DNA of 29,822 bases from an uncultured Thermotogae bacterium (lineage in GTDB: Bacteria > Bipolaricaulota > Bipolaricaulia > UBA7950 > UBA9294). Positions 24,614 to 29,822 of the stretch are shown here, piece after piece. How positions within the stretch are numbered: position 1 is the first letter of the stretch; every line of letters starts with the position of its first letter. A program made the translations under genes and the position numbers. The DNA lies in NCBI GenBank assembly GCA_964596555.1, contig CAZQUT010000002.1:1-29822 (forward strand), read 5' to 3'. The notes beneath the pieces are model-generated. The model did not search any database and had not been told where the DNA came from. It saw only the letters and a program-made list of their open reading frames with translations.

Positions 24614-25975
24614 TCAGGCTGCTACAAATTCTCCCCAACCGGCATTTCCCTGAAACTCACCATCTGTGTAGACGACCCTGCCGCGAGAGATCGTCGTGTC
24701 GACCGCTCCGTGGACCTCCATCCCTTCATAGGGCGAGAAGTCGGTATTCATGTGCAGATCCTTAGCATGGATGGTCCACCCCACACTCGGGTCAAAGATA
24801 ACGATATCAGCGTCCGACCCAATTCCAAGAGTGCCCTTACGTGGGTAGAGACCATTCACTCGCGCCGGTCCCTCGCTGAGCAGGCGAGGAAGATCGGTCA
24901 ATGCTAGTCGCTCTTTGGCTACACCATCAGAATACAGAAGAGGAAGCAGAGTCTCCACGCCGGGAAGGCCGTAGGGGAGATCGAGGAATGATCCTTTCCA
25001 CGTCTTCTGCTCGACGGTAAACGGGCAGTGATCGGTCGCTACGAGATCGAGCGTTCCCTCACGCAGGGCTTTCCACAGCGCCCGTTGATCTGCCTCTGCA
25101 CGCAGCGCCGGGCTCGCCGAGTAGAGGTGCGCATCCTTGCGTTCGTACACGGCCTTTGTTAGCAACAGGTACTGGGGGCACGTCTCAGCAGTAAGACGCA
25201 CGCCGCGCGACTTGGCCCGTTTGACCGCCGCCTGGCCAAGATCAGAGCTGACATGAACAATATGGACCCTCGCCCCGGTGACATCCGCGTAGTAGACGAC
25301 CTGCTCGATCGCCGCCCCCTCGCACTCCGGCGGTCGGGTTCGCGCAAGGCTCAGCATCTTCCCTCGTTCCTTGTTCGTCAATTGATCTACAAGTGAGCTG
25401 ATCAGATCATCATCTTCACAGTGAACCAACGCTGTGGCACCAACCTTAGCGATGGCACGAAAAGCGTGATAGAGGACTCCGCTATCCGACCTGCGACCGG
25501 AGCTTCCGTAGGCGGTGTAAAACTTGAACGTCTTCACGCCAAGTGAAACTGCATCGCGAAATTCCGCCTCCTTCCCGGGCTTCCAGCCTACGACCTCACC
25601 GTGCAGGGCGTAATCGATCACGGCATCCTCAGCTACCTGTAGCCGCTTCTCGATATCCTCCGGGATCGTCGTCCCAGCGCTTCCTACTGTGAAATCGACG
25701 ATCGTCGTCACTCCGCCGCAGGCAGCAGCCCGCGTACCGGTAAAGAAGTCATCGCTCGACCGCGTCCCTGCTACGGGTAACGCCATGTGTGTGTGAGCGT
25801 CGATCACTCCGGGGAGTACCAGTTTCCCGGAAGCATCGATCTCTCTCCTTCCCGAGAGATCGAACCCCACAGCAACGATCTTCTCGCCAACGACGCCAAG
25901 ATCGCTCTCCAGCGTCCCGTTGGAAGTAACGAGTGTTCCGTTCTTGATCACCAGATCGTACGTCTTCATGCTCAT
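24614..25975 (-). CDS. hydA: Dihydropyrimidinase / D-hydantoinase; paralog 1
   Basis: PGVIDAHTH, GGVTTIVDF, FKFY, VHCED, HIVHVSS, AETCPQYL, ATDHCPF, GLPGVET, GSDADIVIFDP. SD GGAGG supports a start at 25975 or 25969. Confidence 0.93.
   Translation of the reverse strand: MSMKTYDLVIKNGTLVTSNGTLESDLGVVGEKIVAVGFDLSGRREIDASGKLVLPGVIDAHTHMALPVAGTRSSDDFFTGTRAAACGGVTTIVDFTVGSAGTTIPEDIEKRLQVAEDAVIDYALHGEVVGWKPGKEAEFRDAVSLGVKTFKFYTAYGSSGRRSDSGVLYHAFRAIAKVGATALVHCEDDDLISSLVDQLTNKERGKMLSLARTRPPECEGAAIEQVVYYADVTGARVHIVHVSSDLGQAAVKRAKSRGVRLTAETCPQYLLLTKAVYERKDAHLYSASPALRAEADQRALWKALREGTLDLVATDHCPFTVEQKTWKGSFLDLPYGLPGVETLLPLLYSDGVAKERLALTDLPRLLSEGPARVNGLYPRKGTLGIGSDADIVIFDPSVGWTIHAKDLHMNTDFSPYEGMEVHGAVDTTISRGRVVYTDGEFQGNAGWGEFVAA
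24891..25054. repeat. Exact 164-bp direct repeat, copy 2 (identical to 1-164)
   Basis: Base-by-base comparison with the window start. Confidence 0.95.
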
Positions 25976-26228
25976 CGCCCTCCATTGCAAGTGTACCATC
26001 CCCGTCGCTTCTCAGTCCACTGATTGCAGATTACATTGCAGGGGGGAGGAGCGCACTAAGAAGCACACATGCGATATGCAAGCAACAAGACATGCTTGCC
26101 AACTGACAACAGCGCACTAACGGAGAGCTAACGGCACCAATTGCCGCTTCTGTGACCTTGCGATTTAGCCAAGTTGTATGATAGCATTACAGGTAGCAAC
26201 CGCATAGAAATTTCTAGGGAGGAGAAGG

Positions 26229-27692
26229 ATGATCGATCTAACAGTCAATGAGAAGCAACTCGAACGCACGGCGCAGCGCGCGAGGGAACGGGGAATCATC
26301 GCCCCCACATTCGCCCAGATGAAGGACCCAAACAAGATTCCACAGAAGATCAAGGACGGGTTGAAGGATGTGGGCCTGTGGGATCTGCACCCACTGAATC
26401 TGTTTCGCATCACGTGGAAGAACGAGCCGGTGAGGCAGGGCGGAGGGTTCGATGGGGTGAACTACGTGGAGATCCCCTCGGAGATCACTGGGGTGAAAGC
26501 GCGCATCATCGCCCTCGTCGGCAAGTGGTTCCCCACCGGGGCACACAAAGTGGGAGCGACCTACGGCTGCCTCGCCCCGCGTCTGGTCACCGGGCAGTTC
26601 GATCCCACGTTCCACAAGGCGGTATGGCCATCCACGGGAAATTACTGCCGCGGTGGAGCGTACAACTCCAACCTGCTCGCCTGCGAGTCGATCGCCATCC
26701 TCCCTGAGCAGATGTCTCAGGAACGCTTCCAGTGGCTGTCCAAGGTTGCCGGTGAGGTAATCGCCACCCCCGGCTGCGAATCGAATGTGTGGGAGATCTT
26801 CCAGAAGTGCATCGAGTTGCAAAACACGCGCGACAACATCATGATCTTCAACCAGTTCGACGAATTCGGGAACCACCTGTGGCACTACGAGGTCACCGGG
26901 CATGCCATGGAGGAGGTCCTACAGCAAGAGTTGGGTGAGAGCGGCCGCTATGCCGGTGTTGTCCTCACTTCCGGCTCGGCCGGGACGATGGGTTGCGGAG
27001 ATTATCTGAAGGAACTTCGCCCAGCGAGCAAGCTGGTTGTCTCCGAGGCACTACAGTGCCCGACGCTCCTTGAAAACGGGTTCGGCGGCCACCGCATCGA
27101 GGGAATTGGCGACAAGCACGTCCCATGGATCCACAACGCCCGCAATACGGACATGGTCACCGGAATCGATGATGAAGATTGCATGAGCCTCATCCGACTA
27201 TTCAACGAGCCCGCTGGCCAGAAGTTCCTCGCAGACCAAGGCGTGGGAGAGAAGTTCATCGAGCAGCTCCCTCTTATGGGTATATCCAGCGTGGCCAACG
27301 TCCTCTCGGCGATCAAGTTCGCCAAGTACTACGAACTGACGGAGAAGGACGTCATACTAACCGTGTTCACCGACTCGATGGAGCTCTACCAGACACGCCT
27401 CGCCGAACTGACAGAAGAGCGCGGAGAGTACAACGAGATGCAGGCGGCAATCGACTACAATCTGCACCTGCAGGGTATCAAGACCGACCACACCCTCGAA
27501 CTGCGCCACCAGGACCGCAAGCGGATCCACAACCTGAAGTACTACACGTGGATCGAGCAGATGGGTAAATCCGTCGATGAGCTGGACGCACAGTGGTACG
27601 ACTATCCCGGCTACTGGGATCGCATCCACAAGATGGTCGAGCCGATCGACAAGCTAATCGAGGCATTCAACGAACGCGTCGGTCTGCTGTAA
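26229..27692 (+). CDS. PLP-dependent fold-type II enzyme (cysteine synthase/threonine synthase/diaminopropionate ammonia-lyase superfamily)
   Basis: PLP Lys in GAHKVGA, STGNY, NQF, phosphate loop GSAGT, HRIEGIGD. Strong SD AGGGAGGAG. Confidence 0.85.
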   Translation: MIDLTVNEKQLERTAQRARERGIIAPTFAQMKDPNKIPQKIKDGLKDVGLWDLHPLNLFRITWKNEPVRQGGGFDGVNYVEIPSEITGVKARIIALVGKWFPTGAHKVGATYGCLAPRLVTGQFDPTFHKAVWPSTGNYCRGGAYNSNLLACESIAILPEQMSQERFQWLSKVAGEVIATPGCESNVWEIFQKCIELQNTRDNIMIFNQFDEFGNHLWHYEVTGHAMEEVLQQELGESGRYAGVVLTSGSAGTMGCGDYLKELRPASKLVVSEALQCPTLLENGFGGHRIEGIGDKHVPWIHNARNTDMVTGIDDEDCMSLIRLFNEPAGQKFLADQGVGEKFIEQLPLMGISSVANVLSAIKFAKYYELTEKDVILTVFTDSMELYQTRLAELTEERGEYNEMQAAIDYNLHLQGIKTDHTLELRHQDRKRIHNLKYYTWIEQMGKSVDELDAQWYDYPGYWDRIHKMVEPIDKLIEAFNERVGLL

Positions 27693-27722
27693 GAATCGGC
27701 AAACGAGAAGATCGATCTATCG

Positions 27723-27757
27723 AGCGCCCCTCGCATGTTGAGGGGCGCTTCCTTGTT
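27723..27757 (+). terminator. Probable intrinsic terminator
   Basis: AGCGCCCCTC-gcatgtt-GAGGGGCGCT (10-bp perfect stem) followed by TCCTTGTT, 30 bp after the stop codon. The U-tract is weak. Confidence 0.6.
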
Positions 27758-27790
27758 AACCCGCTGAGAACGCGCTAACCTGAGGATGAG

Positions 27791-28327
27791 ATGGATACGT
27801 CGAGTAACACTCTTGCACAAGTAGTCGATACGATCACAGAGCTAGTCAAGAACCATAAGCATAACTGTGTCATCATCCAGGGGGAGATTGGTGCCGGGAA
27901 GACGCGCTTCGCCGAACGGCTCGTGATCGCTCTCAGACAGCGCAAGCTCACAGTAGGCGGGATCATCAGCCCACGCATCCTCGACGGCGATGAGACGATC
28001 GGCTACCGCGTGCGAGACATCACAACTGGCGAGGAGCAATTGCTTGCGACAGTGGCCCCACCGGGAATTCGTGTCGGGAAGTTCTACCTGTCGCAGGATG
28101 CTCTCACTTTTGCTCGCACGGCGATCGAGCAAGCGTTGTCCACAGCCAACATCGGATTCATCGACGAGGTGGGCCGCCTCGAACTTGCTGAGAAGGGGCA
28201 CGCGCCAGCTCTTCGTGTACTCCTGCAATCGGACGCGATCCCTGTCCTCTTCATCCGGACCAAGTTCATAGGAGGGATAGTCGACAAGTTCAACATTGCC
28301 GATTACGCAGCGTTTCCCGTCGGTTGA
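27791..28327 (+). CDS. THEP1-like nucleoside triphosphatase (P-loop NTPase)
   Basis: Walker A GEIGAGKT, VGGIISP, GYRV, VGKF, Walker B FIDEVGRLE. Confidence 0.8.
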   Translation: MDTSSNTLAQVVDTITELVKNHKHNCVIIQGEIGAGKTRFAERLVIALRQRKLTVGGIISPRILDGDETIGYRVRDITTGEEQLLATVAPPGIRVGKFYLSQDALTFARTAIEQALSTANIGFIDEVGRLELAEKGHAPALRVLLQSDAIPVLFIRTKFIGGIVDKFNIADYAAFPVG

Positions 28328-28363
28328 TCGCGTGTGGTAAGATAAGGCCTGAGGAGGATCAAT

Positions 28364-29614
28364 ATGCAATGGCTCAGTCTGGCAATTGGGATCATCGTCG
28401 GCATTGTGGTGGGTTTCCTCGTGGCGCGACTGCGCGCTAGTGAGAGGATCTCATCGTTACAAATGCAACTCACGGGAAAGAAGCAGGAGTTCCTCGCCCT
28501 GCAACAATCAAGCGCCGAGAAGGCACAGTGGGTAGAGACAGCCGAGAAGCAATTGCGCGAGGCGTTCGATTCCCTGGCCGGCAAGGCACTAGAGACAAAC
28601 TCCGACCGCTTTATCAAGCAGGCCCACGAGCAACTGGACGCCCTACTCACGCGTGTACGCGGAGACTGGGGAACGCACAAGGAACAGCTCAAGAACCTCG
28701 TCGAACCGCTGGAGAAGACGCTGGAGAAGATGGACGTACAAGTAAGAGCTCTGGAAGAAAAGCGCGCCGGGGCTTACAAGAGCCTCGAAAAACACCTACA
28801 GCAGCTAGGATCCGATCAAACGCAACTGCGTGACTCAACCGTCAAGCTGGAGCAAGCGCTCAAGTCATCGACCGTGCGTGGCCGCTGGGGTGAGTTTCAG
28901 TTGCGGCGAGTGATGGAACTAGCCGGGATGACCGATCACATCGACTTTGATGAACAGGTAACAACGGACGAGGGACGTCCCGATGTGATTGTGCACCTGC
29001 CTAATAACGGATTCTTGCCGGTGGATGCGAAGACACCGATGACATCGTACTTCGAAGCGCTCAACGCTGAGGGTGACACGCAGCAGAAACTGCTTACCGC
29101 CCACACGCAAGCGATGAAGAGCCGCATCCAGGACCTATCGCGCAAGGCCTACTGGAGTCAATTTGAGCGGGCGCCGGAGATGGTGGTGATGTTCATCCCC
29201 AGCGAGTCCAGCCTCTCTGCCGCGTTCTCCCAGGATCCGACCTTGCTGGAGTTCGCCATCGAGCACCATGTGCTCGTCGCCAGCCCCGTCTTGCTACTCG
29301 CCCTGTTGCGCTCCGTCGCCTACGGCTGGCAGCAACAGCAGATCACAGAGAATGCCCGCGAAATTGCACAAAAAGGGAAAGAACTCTACGATCGCATCCT
29401 CAGATTCTTGGACCTATTCCAGAAAACAGGCAAGGGCCTCGGCCAGGCGGTCGATGCCTATGACAAGGCGGTCGGATCACTGCAAAGCCGCCTCATCCCA
29501 TCCGCGAAAGACTTCAAGGACCTGAACGCGGCGAGCAAGGATCTCCCTGAGGTGACACCGCTCGACAAGACACCGCGCCTGCTCGCATTCTCGGAGGATG
29601 AGCCCGAAAAGTGA
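28364..29614 (+). CDS. rmuC: DNA recombination protein RmuC family
   Basis: N-terminal TM helix, coiled coil, RGRWGEFQL, RPDVIVHLP, VDAK.P, MFIPSE, SP..L.ALL. Confidence 0.92.
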   Translation: MQWLSLAIGIIVGIVVGFLVARLRASERISSLQMQLTGKKQEFLALQQSSAEKAQWVETAEKQLREAFDSLAGKALETNSDRFIKQAHEQLDALLTRVRGDWGTHKEQLKNLVEPLEKTLEKMDVQVRALEEKRAGAYKSLEKHLQQLGSDQTQLRDSTVKLEQALKSSTVRGRWGEFQLRRVMELAGMTDHIDFDEQVTTDEGRPDVIVHLPNNGFLPVDAKTPMTSYFEALNAEGDTQQKLLTAHTQAMKSRIQDLSRKAYWSQFERAPEMVVMFIPSESSLSAAFSQDPTLLEFAIEHHVLVASPVLLLALLRSVAYGWQQQQITENAREIAQKGKELYDRILRFLDLFQKTGKGLGQAVDAYDKAVGSLQSRLIPSAKDFKDLNAASKDLPEVTPLDKTPRLLAFSEDEPEK

Positions 29615-29668
29615 GGACTTAGCCGCCAAAGAAGTGCCGCCGACTTTACTTGCCTAGAATCAACTAAC

Positions 29669-29793
29669 TCACCACGAAGAGCACGAAGTGGTCAAGAGAA
29701 ACGATTGATACTTCCAGCAAGCTTTCGGAATATACAGCGAATTGACGTATTCGCTAACCCTTCGAGTTCCATTCTTCGTGTCCTTCGTGGTGA
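29669..29793. repeat. 125-bp element bounded by 20-bp imperfect terminal inverted repeats (REP/MITE-like)
   Basis: TCACCACGAAGAGCACGAAG (29669-29688) versus the reverse complement of 29774-29793, TCACCACGAAGGACACGAAG: 18 of 20 match. Internal hairpin AGCGAAT-tgacgt-ATTCGCT at 29736-29755. Confidence 0.7.
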
Positions 29794-29822
29794 AAGAGTC
29801 TTGGCACCTCGCTGAGAGGATT

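Noticed and set aside
26131-26146. Possible sigma54 promoter (CGGCAC...TTGC)
   Set aside because: GG-to-GC spacing is 8 nt rather than the required 10. The similar TGGCAC near 29802 also lacks the -12 element.
26150-26185. Sigma70 promoter for the PLP gene (TATGAT at 26177-26182)
   Set aside because: The -10 box is plausible, but there is no convincing -35 at 16-18 bp, so it is not reported as a feature.
1-29822. CRISPR arrays, tRNA/rRNA, riboswitches, transposases/integrases, selenocysteine read-through
   Set aside because: No spaced repeat arrays, recognisable RNA motifs, recombinase ORFs or in-frame TGA splitting a conserved domain were seen by eye. A covariance-model scan would be needed to exclude small RNAs.

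Overview
A bacterial window, most likely from an anaerobe (two tungsten-type aldehyde:ferredoxin oxidoreductases, CCG/Fe-S proteins). Most of it is one minus-strand, tightly coupled catabolic gene cluster of about 24.5 kb (24455 down to the left edge), preceded by a near-consensus sigma70 promoter and a LacI-type operator. Gene order: LacI regulator, DhnA-type aldolase, secreted metallophosphoesterase, sugar-family ABC binding protein, exported Moco-fold protein, Zn-dehydrogenase, two ABC permeases, NAD-kinase-like protein, divergent Ftr, divergent Mch, amidohydrolase, FAD-linked oxidoreductase, CCG Fe-S protein, ADP-ribosylglycohydrolase, ribokinase, two AORs, second amidohydrolase, PreA/DHODH-like flavoprotein, and a dihydropyrimidinase that runs off the left edge and is missing from the ORF track. 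A second dihydropyrimidinase lies just upstream of the cluster (24614-25975) and shares an exact 164-bp tract with the first. To the right, on the plus strand, are a PLP fold-II enzyme, a THEP1-like NTPase, rmuC and a 125-bp inverted-repeat element. The most striking signal is a pair of methanopterin-pathway enzyme homologues (Ftr, Mch) with altered active-site motifs, embedded in a sugar/nucleoside/heterocycle degradation operon with no other C1-pathway genes in view. All product calls come from motif recognition by eye; no searches were run, reference residue numbers are recalled from memory, and taxonomy cannot be assigned.
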